Positions 7,796 through 20,085 of a stretch of DNA of 64,000 nt are shown in pieces; position 1 is the stretch's first letter; each line of letters starts with the position of its first letter. Source of the DNA: Occultella glacieicola (GTDB lineage Bacteria; Actinomycetota; Actinomycetes; Actinomycetales; Beutenbergiaceae); assembly GCF_004353825.1 (NCBI RefSeq), contig NZ_SMNA01000005.1, forward strand, positions 248,001 through 312,000. The letters are read 5' to 3'. The notes beneath the pieces are model-generated. The model was not told where the DNA came from. It worked only from the letters and a program-made list of their open reading frames with translations, and ran no database searches. A program made the translations under genes and the position numbers.

Positions 7796-9028
7796 GTGAA
7801 GGTGCTGGTGGTGGGTGCGGGGATCCTCGGGCTGGCGACGGCGGCGCGCCTGGCCCGTCGCGGCGACGAGGTGGTGGTCGTGGACAAGGAGCCCGGGGTG
7901 GCGCACCACCAGACCGGCCACAACTCCGGGGTGATCCATTCCGGTCTGTACTACGCGCCGGGCAGCCTGAAGGCGCGGCTGGGGACCGCGGGCGCGGCCA
8001 GCATGACGGCGTTCGCGCAGGACCACGGCGTGCCGGTGCGGACCTGCGGGAAGCTGGTGGTCGCCGTCGATGACGCCGAGCTGCCCGCCCTGGCCGAACT
8101 GGCCCGGCGGGCCGAGGCGAACGGGGTGCCGGCGCGGCTGATCGACGCCGCCGAGGCCCGTGAGTACGAGCCGAACGTCTCCTGCGTGCGGGCGCTGCGG
8201 GTGGAGAGCACCGGCATCGTGGACTACGTGGGCGTGTGCGAGGTGCTGGCCGGGCAGATCGCCGACGGCGGAGGGCAGGTCCGTTTCGGCCGCACTTTCC
8301 GCGGTGCCCGCACCGTGGGCGGGCGCGTGCGCGCCCGGGTGGACGTGCTGGGCGCCGACGGCGCCGCGACGGACACGGGCCGCGAGGACGTCGTCGCCGA
8401 TGCGCTGGTGGTCTGCGGCGGACTGCACGCCGACCGGCTCGCCGACGCCTGCGATGTGGTGCCGCAGGCCCGGATCGTGCCGTTCCGCGGTGAGTACTTC
8501 GAGCTGGCCCCGGCCAAGACGGACCTGGTCCGCACCCTGATCTATCCGGTGCCAGACCCCCGGTTCCCGTTCCTGGGCGTGCACCTGACCACGATGATCG
8601 GCGGCGGCGTGCACGCCGGCCCGAACGCGGTGCTGGCCCTGGCCCGGGAGGGTTACACCTGGCGGGACGTGAATCTGGCCGACCTGCGCGGCTCGCTGTC
8701 CTGGCCCGGCCTGTGGCACCTCGGGCGCCGCAACCTCGTGCCCGGGGCGAACGAGGTCATCCGGTCCCTGTCCCGGACCCGGTTCGCGGCCAGCCTGTCC
8801 CGGCTGGTCCCGGGCATCACGGCCGCGGACCTAGTGCCGGCTCCGGCCGGGGTGCGGGCCCAGGCGCTGCGCCGGGACGGGTCCCTCGTGGACGACTTCC
8901 TGATCCAGCGGTCCGACCGCCAGCTCCACGTGCTGAACGCTCCTTCGCCGGCGGCGACGGCGTCCCTGGAGATCGCGGCCCACCTCGAGTCGGAACTGGA
9001 CGCGATGCTCGCCGCCGAGGCACGCTGA
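7796..9028 (+). CDS. lhgO: L-2-hydroxyglutarate oxidase
   Basis: GAGILG FAD motif, [68 protein letters not shown] start at 7796 after GGGAG. Confidence 0.92.
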   Translation: MKVLVVGAGILGLATAARLARRGDEVVVVDKEPGVAHHQTGHNSGVIHSGLYYAPGSLKARLGTAGAASMTAFAQDHGVPVRTCGKLVVAVDDAELPALAELARRAEANGVPARLIDAAEAREYEPNVSCVRALRVESTGIVDYVGVCEVLAGQIADGGGQVRFGRTFRGARTVGGRVRARVDVLGADGAATDTGREDVVADALVVCGGLHADRLADACDVVPQARIVPFRGEYFELAPAKTDLVRTLIYPVPDPRFPFLGVHLTTMIGGGVHAGPNAVLALAREGYTWRDVNLADLRGSLSWPGLWHLGRRNLVPGANEVIRSLSRTRFAASLSRLVPGITAADLVPAPAGVRAQALRRDGSLVDDFLIQRSDRQLHVLNAPSPAATASLEIAAHLESELDAMLAAEAR

Positions 9029-9032
9029 CCGG

Positions 9033-9473
9033 ATGAGCCACATGGATCAGCAGGTGCATTTCGTCACCCTCGCCACCGCGGACCTGGACGGTGCCCGCCG
9101 GTTCTACGCCGACGGCCTCGGCTGGACGCCCGCCCTGGACGTCCCCGGCGAGATCCTGTTCTTCCAGGTCGCGCCCGGCCAGATGCTCGGGCTCTTCGAC
9201 GCGGTGAAGTTCAACGAGGACCTCGGCGCTCCGGCCGGGCCGGCCTCGGTCTCCGGGGTGACACTGGCCCACAACGTGGCCGGACCGGACGAGGTGCGCG
9301 CCGTGGTCGAGGCCATGACCGACGCCGGGGGCACCGTGCTCAAGGCCCCGCAGCCGGGCGCGTTCGGTGGGGTCTTCCACGCGCACGTGCAGGATCCCAA
9401 CGGGGTGATCTGGGAGATCGCGCACAACCCGGGCTGGACGGTCGACGCCGACGGCACGGTGCGGTTCGGGTAG
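9033..9473 (+). CDS. VOC (glyoxalase/bleomycin-resistance) family protein
   Basis: [15 protein letters not shown]...GVTLAHNV...[13 protein letters not shown]; alternative start at 9042. Confidence 0.88.
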   Translation: MSHMDQQVHFVTLATADLDGARRFYADGLGWTPALDVPGEILFFQVAPGQMLGLFDAVKFNEDLGAPAGPASVSGVTLAHNVAGPDEVRAVVEAMTDAGGTVLKAPQPGAFGGVFHAHVQDPNGVIWEIAHNPGWTVDADGTVRFG

Positions 9474-9550
9474 GTCCCCGGCAGGCCGGGCCCGGGACCC
9501 GGTCCGCCGGCGCTCGTGGCCGTTGTCGGTGGCGCGTGCCATCGTGAGCC

Positions 9551-9928
9551 ATGACCACCCACACCCACACCATTCCGCTCTCGATCGACTACATCGAGAT
9601 CTCGGTCACCGACCTGCAGGCCGCCAAGGACTTCTACGGCGGGGCGTTCGGCTGGACCTTCACGTCCTACGGGGACGAGTACGCGGGCATCCGCACCCCT
9701 GCCGAGACCGACGGGGAGGAGGCCGGCGGCCTCGCCCTGGTCGCTGAGCCGAGACCGGCCGGCGGACCTCTCGTGCTGCTCTACAGCGGCGACCTCGACG
9801 CCACCGTGCGCGCGGTGACGGGCGCCGGCGGCCGGGTCGTGAACGGGCCCTACGAGTTTCCCGGCGGGCGACGATTCCATTTCACCGACCCGAGCGGTAA
9901 CGAGCTCGGAGTCTGGGGCCCACGGTAG
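9551..9928 (+). CDS. VOC family protein
   Basis: IDYIEISVTDLQAAKDFY...FPGGRRFHFTDPSGNELGVW. Confidence 0.9.
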   Translation: MTTHTHTIPLSIDYIEISVTDLQAAKDFYGGAFGWTFTSYGDEYAGIRTPAETDGEEAGGLALVAEPRPAGGPLVLLYSGDLDATVRAVTGAGGRVVNGPYEFPGGRRFHFTDPSGNELGVWGPR

Positions 9929-9938
9929 GGCTACAGCA

Positions 9939-10814
9939 GTGACCATAGGAGGCCCGGACCCCACGGTGGACCCGTCGGAGCACGCGATGCTGGCTGACCT
10001 CGGCAGCCGCTCCGGCCTGTGGACCGACCGTACCCAGCCCACGACCGTGGCTCGGGGCAGCGAGAACACCACGTTCGCCGTCGGCGGCTTCATCGTCCGG
10101 CGCACGGTCGACGTCGACGCCCTGACCCGGGAGGTGGCGCTGCTGGAGGCGCTCGCCGGCGAGACCTCGATCCCGGTGCCGGTCCCGCTGGTGCACCGGA
10201 GCGACCTCGGCGTCCTCGTGTACCGGGCCCTGGGCGGCGAGCCGTTGCTGGGTCGGCCGGACCTGATCGGCCCCGCTGTGGAAGGGCCCCTCGTCGACGT
10301 GCTCGGCGCGTTGCGGAGGATCCGCCCGGATCCGCCGTTGGTCGTGGACGACCACCCGAACGATGCGTGGCTCGCCGGGGCCCGCCAGGACTTCGAGACC
10401 GCGCGGTCCCACCTCGGTCCCGAACGGGCGGCGGCCGTGGCGCAGTTCCTGGACCAACCGCCGCCACCGGCCGGACCGGTGCTGGTCCCCCAGCACAACG
10501 ACCTCGGGGCCGAGCACATCCTGGTCGACGATCGCGGACGGGTCAGTGGCGTCATCGACTGGAGCGACGCCGCGCGCACCGAGCCGGCCCGTGACATCGG
10601 GCGGCTCCTGCGGGACCTCGGCCCCGCCATCGCCCTCGCGGTCGCGGCCGGGCTCGACGGCCAGTCGACCGCGGAGGAACGCCTGCGGATGACCTTCCAC
10701 GCGCGGTGCACCTGGCTCGAGGACCTCGCCTACGGCCTCGCGGATCCGGCCGGGCGGTCGGCGTACCTGGCGAACGCCGAGCGCGTGTTCGGGCACGTCT
10801 TCGGCCACGCCTGA
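9939..10814 (+). CDS. Aminoglycoside-phosphotransferase-like (APH/choline kinase) family protein
   Basis: HNDLGAEHILVD and GVIDWSD kinase motifs. Confidence 0.82.
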   Translation: MTIGGPDPTVDPSEHAMLADLGSRSGLWTDRTQPTTVARGSENTTFAVGGFIVRRTVDVDALTREVALLEALAGETSIPVPVPLVHRSDLGVLVYRALGGEPLLGRPDLIGPAVEGPLVDVLGALRRIRPDPPLVVDDHPNDAWLAGARQDFETARSHLGPERAAAVAQFLDQPPPPAGPVLVPQHNDLGAEHILVDDRGRVSGVIDWSDAARTEPARDIGRLLRDLGPAIALAVAAGLDGQSTAEERLRMTFHARCTWLEDLAYGLADPAGRSAYLANAERVFGHVFGHA

Positions 10815-10827
10815 GGACGACCTCAGG

Positions 10828-12598
<1,771 letters not shown>

Positions 12599-12602
<4 letters not shown>

Positions 12603-13216
12603 CGTGGCACCAGGGCTTCGAGCCCGGGGAGGAGGTTCTCGACGTACTTGGCCAGGACGTCCACCTCGATGTTCACGCGGGATCCGGCGCCGCGCCGACC
12701 GAGGGTGGTGCGCGTCAGCGTCTCGGGGATCAGGCCGATGGTCACCACGGCGTCCGTCACCGACACGACGGTCAGGCTCACGCCGTCGACGGCGATCGAC
12801 CCACGGTCGACCACGTAGCGAGTGACGCCGTCGGGCAGTGCGATTCGGACCAGGTGCCCACCTCCGCCGCCGGTGTCGGCCTCGACGGCGAGAACCTCGC
12901 CGACACCGTCGACGTGGCCCTGCACGATGTGTCCGCCGAGGCGGGCGTCCGCGCGCAGGGACCGCTCGAGGTTCACCCGGTCGCCTGCCGCGAGGCCGCC
13001 GAGCGAGGTGGCCGCGAGGGTGGTGCCGATGACGTCGGCGCTCCACATCTGGCCGTCGTGCTCGGTGACGGTCAGACAGCAGCCGTTGACGGTGATCGAG
13101 TCGCCGGGTGCGGCGTCGGAGAGGACGAGCGGCGAGCGGATGTGCAGGCGGACGGCCTCGGCCGAGGAGTCGATGCCCTCGACGGTGCCGAGTTCCTCGA
13201 TGATTCCGGTGAACAT
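12599..13216 (-). CDS. ribE: Riboflavin synthase
   Basis: MFTGIIEE, GCCLTV, RLGGHIVQGHVDG, VNIEVD. Confidence 0.95.
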
Positions 13217-13235
13217 GGTGGTCCTTTCGGTTGGG

Positions 13236-14306
13236 TCAGGCGTGAGGTGGCCGCAGGGTCAGTTGGACGTCGGTGCGCCCATCCGGTGAGGTGAGCAGGG
13301 TGGTCTCGACCAGGTCGAAGGCGAGGGCGTCGGCGATGGTGCCGATGCCGAGCGACCCGACCGCCGACGGTCCGGCGCCGAGGAGTTTCGGAGCGAGGTG
13401 GACGATCAGCTCGTCGACTCCTCCCGCGGCGAGGAACGCCGCGATCAGGGTCGGGCCGCCCTCGAGCAGCACGTGGCGCCGGCCGCGAGCATGCAGGTCC
13501 GCCAGGGCCTCGGCCGGGTCGTGGGTGCGCAGGTGCACGGCGGGCACCGCAGGCGCCTGGGTGGGCAGATCCGGGATCCGGCGCAGACCCATCACGGCCC
13601 GGAGCGGTTGCCTCGGGTGCAGCGTGCCATCGGTGCGGCGCGCGGTGAGCGCGGGCCGGTCCGCCCGGGCGGTCCCGGCGCCGACCAGGACCACGTCGCA
13701 GCGGGCCCGAAGGCAGTGCACCTGCTCGCGGGCGGCGCTCCCGGTGATCCACCGGCTCGAGCCATCGGTCGCCGCCACCCGCCCGTCCAGGGTGAGCGCC
13801 AGCTTCGCGGTGACCAGGGGCCGCGCGTGCCGCAGGCCGTGCTCCCAGCCGCGGTTCAGCGCCGCGGCCTCGACTGCGAGTTCGGCGGGCACGTCGGTCT
13901 CCACCTCGACGCCGGCCGCGCGCAGGACCTCGACCCCGCCGGCGGCGACGGCGTTCGGGTCGCGGCGGCCGATCACCACCCGGCGGACCCCGGCGTCGAT
14001 CAGGGCCTGGGTGCAGGGGCCGGTGCGGCCGGTGTGGGCGCACGGTTCGAGGGTGACGACCGCCGTGGCGCCGACTGTGCTCGCCGTGCTCGTCGGGCCC
14101 GCCGCGCCCGCAGCGCCCGCCCGGGCCAGCGCGTCGACCTCGGCGTGGGCCGTTCCGGCGCCGCGGTGGTAGCCCTCGGCGATGACCCGGCCGTCCGTGC
14201 CGAGCAGGACGCAGCCGACGCGCGGGTTCGGTCCGAGGGCAACGGCAGGGTGCGCCGCGATCTCGAGGGCACGGCGCAGTGCGTCGTGTTCCGCCTGGTG
14301 GATCAT
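13236..14306 (-). CDS. ribD: Bifunctional pyrimidine deaminase/reductase
   Basis: PNPRVGC, HAEV, TLEPCAHTGRTGPC, LDGRVA...SRWIT, LEGGPTL. Confidence 0.95.
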   Translation of the reverse strand: MIHQAEHDALRRALEIAAHPAVALGPNPRVGCVLLGTDGRVIAEGYHRGAGTAHAEVDALARAGAAGAAGPTSTASTVGATAVVTLEPCAHTGRTGPCTQALIDAGVRRVVIGRRDPNAVAAGGVEVLRAAGVEVETDVPAELAVEAAALNRGWEHGLRHARPLVTAKLALTLDGRVAATDGSSRWITGSAAREQVHCLRARCDVVLVGAGTARADRPALTARRTDGTLHPRQPLRAVMGLRRIPDLPTQAPAVPAVHLRTHDPAEALADLHARGRRHVLLEGGPTLIAAFLAAGGVDELIVHLAPKLLGAGPSAVGSLGIGTIADALAFDLVETTLLTSPDGRTDVQLTLRPPHA

Positions 14307-14424
14307 GCCCGCTCCTGAGGTCCGCGATGCTCGCGGTCCGGAGTGAGGGAGGGGTCACGGAGGCGTCGTCCACCAGGGGAATCCACGGTGCACGGGTGCG
14401 CCCTGGGGTCCGTCCGGAGACTCC

Positions 14425-14555
14425 TCGCGTGCGCTTCCCATCCGGACTCTGACCGTCGGTCCAGGAGTTCCACCTGGTCAACCGGTGACCTTGCGGTCAT
14501 CGGGTCGCGGACTATGACCGCCGGCTCGGAATTTCACCGACCCCAGTGCACGCGA
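14425..14555 (-). ncRNA. FMN riboswitch (RFN element)
   Basis: Reverse complement reads GGGGTCGGTGAAATTCCGAGCCGGCGGT...AGTCCGCGACCC...GACCAGGTGGAACTCCTGGACCGACGGTCAGAGTCCGGATGGGAAG, directly upstream of ribD. Confidence 0.95.
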
Positions 14556-14715
14556 ACTTGTCAGCTCGTCAGTCGCCAGGCTAACAGCGTCCTCCGCAAC
14601 GCTGGACGCGGCGCTGTCCGACGACCGATCCGTGAGACGGACCGCACTCCGAACGCCGCCGCGCCCACCGGGATCGGCGGGGGCGGCGGCCTCCTGGAGA
14701 CGATCGGGATCGGCG

Positions 14716-15207
14716 TCAACGAGCCAGCGACGCGACCCGGCCCCGCAACGCCCGGGCCGCGATCACCACGGCCGCCGCGACCAGGACGATGTCCTTGATG
14801 ATGTACTGCGCCTCCAGGGTGAGCCCCCCGCCGAACAGGTCGCCGGCGAAGAGCACGACCGGGGCGAAGAAGCCGACCGTGGCGCCGCCCATGGCGAGCA
14901 GCCCGAGGCGCAGGAACGTGCCGGTGACGAGGGTGAGCCCGATGAACGTCTCGAGCAGCGCGACGGCCACCATGGCGCCCTGGCCGGAGACGAGCCCGAG
15001 GGACAGGGCTTCGACGGTGTCCATCACCAGGGTCTCGACCGGGCTCGCGCCCGGGAAGAACTTCGGGATGCCGAACACGAGGAAGATCAGGCCGACGGCC
15101 ACGCGCAGCAGCGTGACGCCGTGACGGTCGGCCCAGTCGGCGAACCGGGTCGAGAAGGTGGCCGGCGGCGCAACCGGCGGCGGGCGAAGAGCGGTCTGGG
15201 TGGACAT
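14716..15207 (-). CDS. DoxX-family membrane protein
   Basis: LLRVAVGLIFLVFGIPKFFPGASP...QYIIKDIVL; ATG at 15207 with GGAGG RBS. Confidence 0.82.
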   Translation of the reverse strand: MSTQTALRPPPVAPPATFSTRFADWADRHGVTLLRVAVGLIFLVFGIPKFFPGASPVETLVMDTVEALSLGLVSGQGAMVAVALLETFIGLTLVTGTFLRLGLLAMGGATVGFFAPVVLFAGDLFGGGLTLEAQYIIKDIVLVAAAVVIAARALRGRVASLAR

Positions 15208-15478
15208 GGGAACCTCCGGGATGCGTGCGTTTTCGGACGTTCTCAGCGTCGCCGCGGCGGGCTCCCGGGACATCCGCCGACGAGCGGGTTCGGCACTGCG
15301 TCATCGGTCGAACCGAGGATCGCACCCGGTCGACGCGGAGGCCGCCCCGGGTACGTCAGCAGGCGCAGCCGACCCTGACGCGTGCGTGGGTGATGACCCC
15401 GATCAACGGCATCTCAGACGGCCCGCCGACAGCCGTACCACACTCGGGTGTCCGCGGCGCTGTGCGGCCGACTTCCGC

Positions 15479-16882
15479 TCAGAGGTCCCCGGACCGGCCG
15501 TGCGCCATCCCGGTCGCGAAGCCCACGCCGACGCCCGCCCCGAGAGTGACGGGTTGGGGTCCGGTGGGTGCACTGCCGCAGCACGAGCCCGCCACGCCGG
15601 AGTCGTCGGCCTCGAGGGCGAGGTCGCTCGAACAGACACCCGTCGCGGGAAGGGCCAGTTCGACGGCGTCGGCGCCGGCCCGGTCTCCGGCGAGGGCTGC
15701 GGCAATGGACCGGACCTGTTCGTAGCCCGTCGCCAGGAGGAACGTGGGGGCTCGCCCGTAGGACTTCATGCCGGCCAGGTAGAAGCCCTCGTCGGGGTGA
15801 GCCAGGACGCGCTCCCCGTGCGGGGGGACGGTGCCGCAGGAGTGCTGGTTCGGGTCGATCAGCGGGGCCAGAGCGGTCGGCGCCTCCACGACCGGGTCGA
15901 GGTCCAGCCGCACCTCGCGCAGCATGTCCAGGTCGGGCCGGAAGCCGGTCGCGTTGACGATGGAATGCACGTCCAACTCGAGGGTGTCCTCACGGGCCGC
16001 GCCGAGCACGCGGACGGACTCGGGACCCGGCACGACCTTCTCGATCGACACCCGGGTGAGCAGTCGCAGCTGCCCTGCCTCGACGGCGCCCTTGAGCCGG
16101 GTACCGAGCAGTCCACGCGCGGGCAGTTCGTCGTCGGTCCCACCTCCGAACAGGCGACGAGCCGATCCGCCGCGGATCGCCCAGGTGATCGTCGTGGCCG
16201 GTTCGGATGCCGCCAGTTCGACCAGGCTCAGCAGAGTGTTCGCGGCCGAGTGGCCCATGCCCACGACCAACGTGTGCCGACCCGCGAACCGGGCCCGGTC
16301 CGTGCCGAGCACCTCCGGAAGTGGCCCGGTGAGGAACTGTGCCGCGTCGTCCTCCCCGGCTGCGGGAAGGCCGCTCACACCCAAGGGGTTCGACTGTCCG
16401 TACGTGCCCGAGGCGTCGATCACGGCCCGGGCCAGCAGGTCCGCCACGGCGCCGCCGGCGTCCACGGTGCGCACGCGGTAGGCCCGCCGCTCCCGGCCAA
16501 GGCTGTGCGTCTTGTCGGCGCCATCGCGAGCCACGGCCACCACCCGGGTCCCGGTCCGCAGCCGGGTAGCGATCGCCTCGGTCTGCGCCAGCGGCACCAG
16601 GTAGTGCGTCACGAGCTCGGTGCCGGTCGGCAGCGCATCCAGATCTGGGCGGATCCATCCGGTCGGCTCCAGGAGTCGCGCCGCCGCGTCGTCGATGTCG
16701 TAGCGCCACGGCGAGAACAGCCGAACCTGCCCCCACGACGAGATCGCGGCACCGGGCCCGGCCCCCGCCTCGAGCACGAGCGGCTCGAGCCCGCGTTCGA
16801 GCAGGTGGGCCGCGGCCGCCAGACCTACCGGCCCTGCCCCGATCACCACGACCGGCAGGTCCTCGCGCGCAACGTGCCTCAT
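15479..16882 (-). CDS. FAD/NAD(P)-dependent oxidoreductase of actinobacterial ars clusters (ArsO-like)
   Basis: GAGPVG, VIDASGT, GMGHSA, NATGFRP, HSCGTV, GMKSYGRAPTFL; Cys-rich C-terminus (GVCS...SCCG); divergent from arsR. Confidence 0.85.
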   Translation of the reverse strand: MRHVAREDLPVVVIGAGPVGLAAAAHLLERGLEPLVLEAGAGPGAAISSWGQVRLFSPWRYDIDDAAARLLEPTGWIRPDLDALPTGTELVTHYLVPLAQTEAIATRLRTGTRVVAVARDGADKTHSLGRERRAYRVRTVDAGGAVADLLARAVIDASGTYGQSNPLGVSGLPAAGEDDAAQFLTGPLPEVLGTDRARFAGRHTLVVGMGHSAANTLLSLVELAASEPATTITWAIRGGSARRLFGGGTDDELPARGLLGTRLKGAVEAGQLRLLTRVSIEKVVPGPESVRVLGAAREDTLELDVHSIVNATGFRPDLDMLREVRLDLDPVVEAPTALAPLIDPNQHSCGTVPPHGERVLAHPDEGFYLAGMKSYGRAPTFLLATGYEQVRSIAAALAGDRAGADAVELALPATGVCSSDLALEADDSGVAGSCCGSAPTGPQPVTLGAGVGVGFATGMAHGRSGDL

Positions 16883-16892
16883 CACTACTCCT

Positions 16893-16950
16893 CATATCGA
16901 GAAACATCAATGAGTCGAGCCTGCACCCATACATCGAAGAATGTCAATCT
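16893..16950. promoter_or_regulatory. Two probable ArsR operators
   Basis: ATCGA-GAAACA-TCAAT and ATCGA-AGAATG-TCAAT in an AT-rich divergent gap; the same motif recurs at 19677-19712. Confidence 0.65.
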
Positions 16951-16966
16951 GTGGGACGATGATGCC

Positions 16967-17335
16967 GTGACGACGACCGACACCACACCGGCAACGACCG
17001 GCGCCGACTGCTGCACGCCTGCGGTCGCACAGGCCCTCGCCCCTGAGGTCGCCCGTGGCGTTGCGCGGGCGTTCAAGGCCCTGTCCGATCCGGCTCGCGT
17101 GCAACTCCTGGCGATCATCGCCGCACAGCCCGACGGCGAGGCTTGCGTGTGCGACCTCACCGAACCGGTGGCACTCACCCAGCCGACCGTCAGTCATCAC
17201 CTCAAGATCCTCGTCGAGGCGGGACTTCTGGCCCGGGAACAGCGGGGCCGCTGGGCCTACTACACGATCCAGCCCACCGCCCTGACCCGGTTGGCCGCCG
17301 GCCTCGCGGGCACCGGGAGCACCGCGGCGCCATAG
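16967..17335 (+). CDS. arsR: ArsR/SmtB-family metalloregulator
   Basis: N-terminal CC, FKALSDPARVQL, EACVCDL, QPTVSHHLKIL, EQRGRWAYY; GTG start at 16967. Confidence 0.9.
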   Translation: MTTTDTTPATTGADCCTPAVAQALAPEVARGVARAFKALSDPARVQLLAIIAAQPDGEACVCDLTEPVALTQPTVSHHLKILVEAGLLAREQRGRWAYYTIQPTALTRLAAGLAGTGSTAAP

Positions 17336-17366
17336 CCGTGGCGACCGTGACGGCGAGCGGGGCGGG

Positions 17367-18923
17367 TCAGTGTCCCGCGCCGAGGTTGCCGGAGAGCCTG
17401 GTGTGGCGGCTGGCACTGTCGGGATTCATGCCCACGATGGTGACGCTCTTGCCCTTGGTCTCGTACTTGTGGGTGATGGCGTCGAGGGACGCTACGGTCG
17501 AGGCGTCCCAGATGTGCGCGCGGGTCATGTCGATGACGATGTTCTGCGGGTCCCCGGTGTAGTCGAACTGGTAGACGAGGTCGTTGGACGAGGCGAAGAA
17601 CAACTCGCCCTCGACGGCGTAGACCCGTTCATTGTCCTGGTCGCTGGCGTCCAGGCGGGTGACCGAGGTGACGTGCGCGACGCGCCTGGCGAAGAGCACC
17701 ATGGCGACGAGAACCCCGGCAAGCACGCCGTAGGCGAGGTTATGGGTCGCGACGGTGATGACGACGGTCGCGAGCATCACGGCCAGTTCGGACTTGGGCA
17801 TCCGGCGAAGGGTCGCAGGGTGGATCGAGTGCCAGTCGAAGGTGCCGACCGAGACCATGATCATCACCGCGACGAGCGCGGCCATGGGAATGGTCGCGAC
17901 GACGTCGCCCAAACCCACCACAAGGACCAGCAGGAACGCTCCGGCCAGGAAGGTGGAGATCCGGGTGCGCGCGCCGGAGGCCTTCACATTGATCATCGTC
18001 TGGCCGATCATCGCGCAACCGCCCATGCCGCCGAGGAAGCCGGTGATGATGTTGGCTGCCCCTTGGCCCCACGCTTCCCGCGTCTTGTTCGAGTGGGTGT
18101 CCGTGATGTCGTCCACCAGTTTGGCGGTGAGCAGCGACTCGAGGATCCCGACCAGTGCCATCGCCAGCGCGAACGGGGCGATGATCTGCAGGGTCTCCAG
18201 CGTCAGCGGCACGTTCGGGAACAACAGTGACGGGAGAGAGTCGGGCAACGCGCCCTCGTCGCCGACGGTCGGGATGTCGTTCAAGCCGGCCAGCACGACG
18301 GCCGCCGTCAGCAGCACGATCGCCACCAGCGGGGCCGGGACCACCTTGGTCCAACGGGGCAGCAGCACCATGATCACGATGCCGACGGCCACCAGTGGAT
18401 ACACGAGCCACGGCACGCCGGTCAGGTGCGGAATCTGTGACAAGAAGATCAGAATGGCGAGGGCGTTGACGAAGCCGACCATCACCATGCGCGGGATGAA
18501 CCGCATGAGTTTGGCGACACCGAGCACGCCCAAGGCCACCTGGAACACTCCGCCCAGGATCACGGTGGCGATGAGGTAGTCGAGGCCGTACCGCTGCATC
18601 ACGGGCGCGATGACCAGAGCGATGGCACCGGTGGCCGCGGAGATCATCGCCGGGCGACCGCCCAGGAACGAGATCGAGACGGCCATGGTGAACGCGGCGA
18701 ACAGTCCCACCCGAGGGTCCACACCGGCGATGATCGAGAACGCGATGGCCTCCGGGATCAGCGCCAGGGCGACCACGAGGCCGGCCAACACCTCGGTCCT
18801 GAGGCGCCGTGGCGAGCGCAGCGCAGCGCGGACGGAGAACGTCTCGCCCGCTTCCGGTGTCATGACGGCGGCGCGACTCAAGCGACGTGGCCCAGATCCA
18901 GCGGGTCGCGACTCGTTCGACAT
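17367..18923 (-). CDS. SulP-family inorganic anion transporter with STAS domain
   Basis: LALIPEAIAFS, GGRPAMISAATGA, GMGGCAMIGQT, GELFFAS. Start uncertain (ATG at 18923 or 18863). Confidence 0.92.
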   Translation of the reverse strand: MSNESRPAGSGPRRLSRAAVMTPEAGETFSVRAALRSPRRLRTEVLAGLVVALALIPEAIAFSIIAGVDPRVGLFAAFTMAVSISFLGGRPAMISAATGAIALVIAPVMQRYGLDYLIATVILGGVFQVALGVLGVAKLMRFIPRMVMVGFVNALAILIFLSQIPHLTGVPWLVYPLVAVGIVIMVLLPRWTKVVPAPLVAIVLLTAAVVLAGLNDIPTVGDEGALPDSLPSLLFPNVPLTLETLQIIAPFALAMALVGILESLLTAKLVDDITDTHSNKTREAWGQGAANIITGFLGGMGGCAMIGQTMINVKASGARTRISTFLAGAFLLVLVVGLGDVVATIPMAALVAVMIMVSVGTFDWHSIHPATLRRMPKSELAVMLATVVITVATHNLAYGVLAGVLVAMVLFARRVAHVTSVTRLDASDQDNERVYAVEGELFFASSNDLVYQFDYTGDPQNIVIDMTRAHIWDASTVASLDAITHKYETKGKSVTIVGMNPDSASRHTRLSGNLGAGH

Positions 18924-19057
18924 GCGGGGAATCCGATCAGGTGTGCGGTGGGGCGTGGGGGACTCAGCCGTGACATCGGACCCGCCATCGGAGTTCGAAT
19001 CGTCGGCCTGTGCTGACGTCGCTGGGAGCGGACAGGGGAGCAATAGCGCGACGGATG

Positions 19058-19087
19058 AAACCCTACCCTAACGTAAGGGTAGAGTTT
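19058..19087. promoter_or_regulatory. Probable MerR-type operator
   Basis: AAACcCTACCCT-AACGTA-AGGGTAGaGTTT dyad between the divergent sulP and merR-family genes. Confidence 0.7.
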
Positions 19088-19110
19088 CTGACTGTCTGAG
19101 AGACTGGACC

Positions 19111-19536
19111 ATGCGCACTCCGCAGCAGCCGACGCCGCACGGCGTGGGCGTCGGCGCGCCGCCGGCTGATGCTGAGGCTACGCAGCACATCGGAGCCGTG
19201 GCCGAACGTACCGGTCTGTCCCTGCGAACGCTTCGCCACTACGACGACGTCGGGCTCCTGCGACCCTCGGCACGATCCGAGGGCGGGTACCGCCTCTACA
19301 CCGACAGCGATGTTGAGCGGATCCTGCTGATCAAACGCATGAAGCCGCTCGGCTTCACCCTTGACGAGATGGCCGACCTGCTCGACGCCGTCGCCACCTT
19401 GGACATCGATGCCGAGGACGCCACGGCCAGAGCCAAGGTCGCGGACTACACCCGTTCCGCGGAAGAGCGACGGCACAAGCTTGCACGCACCCTGGACATG
19501 GCGGACGAGTTCATCGCCCTGCTCCGCGCCACCTGA
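19111..19536 (+). CDS. MerR-family transcriptional regulator
   Basis: IGAVAERTGLSLRTLRHYDDVGLLRPSARSEGGYRLY...MKPLGFTLDEM. Confidence 0.92.
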   Translation: MRTPQQPTPHGVGVGAPPADAEATQHIGAVAERTGLSLRTLRHYDDVGLLRPSARSEGGYRLYTDSDVERILLIKRMKPLGFTLDEMADLLDAVATLDIDAEDATARAKVADYTRSAEERRHKLARTLDMADEFIALLRAT

Positions 19537-19676
19537 GTTCCGTCGGGTCGCTGAGCGGTCGTTCCACAGGCGGAACATCCCGCAACGATCGACGGACCGG
19601 GAGGATCGTCGACCGACCGCGGAACCGGGAGCCCCGAGGCGCCTTGCGGCCGCTTCCCGACAACCGCTTGCAGGTC

Positions 19677-19712
19677 ATATCGACGTATGTCAACATAGAC
19701 ACATGCCGATAT
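19677..19712 (+). promoter_or_regulatory. Tandem probable ArsR operators upstream of trx-acr3-arsC
   Basis: ATCGA-CGTATG-TCAAC followed by ATAGA-CACATG-CCGAT. Confidence 0.6.
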
Positions 19713-19755
19713 AAGCCCGGTGGCACCTCACGTGCCCGGCTGTGGAGGAGATCCG

Positions 19756-20085
19756 ATGAGCACGAACACCGTCTCGGTGACCGATGAGACCTTCGCGGAG
19801 GTCGTCCTGGGCTCCCAGGTGCCTGTGCTCGTGGACTTCTGGGCGGCGTGGTGCGGCCCGTGCCGGCAGGTCGCTCCGATCCTGGAGTCGCTTGGCGCCG
19901 AGTACGCCGGTCGGCTGGTCATCGCCAAGCTTGACGCCGACGCGAACCCCAAGTCCCTGGCCGACGCAGGGGTGGTGTCCATTCCGACCCTGAACTTCTA
20001 CGCCGACGGTCAGTTGATGAAGTCGGTGGTGGGAGCACGCCCCAAGAATGCGCTGATCACCGAGATCGAGGAGATCCTGGCGTGA
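19756..20085 (+). CDS. trxA: Thioredoxin
   Basis: VDFWAAWCGPC, SIPTL; ATG at 19756 with GGAGGAG RBS. Confidence 0.93.
   Translation: MSTNTVSVTDETFAEVVLGSQVPVLVDFWAAWCGPCRQVAPILESLGAEYAGRLVIAKLDADANPKSLADAGVVSIPTLNFYADGQLMKSVVGARPKNALITEIEEILA

Noticed and set aside
9939..10814. Bona fide aminoglycoside or macrolide resistance gene
   Set aside because: Only generic APH-fold motifs are visible; substrate cannot be assigned.
14303..14500. 65-aa ORF overlapping the ribD start
   Set aside because: It starts inside the FMN aptamer and ribD has its own AGGAG RBS; the region is explained by the riboswitch.
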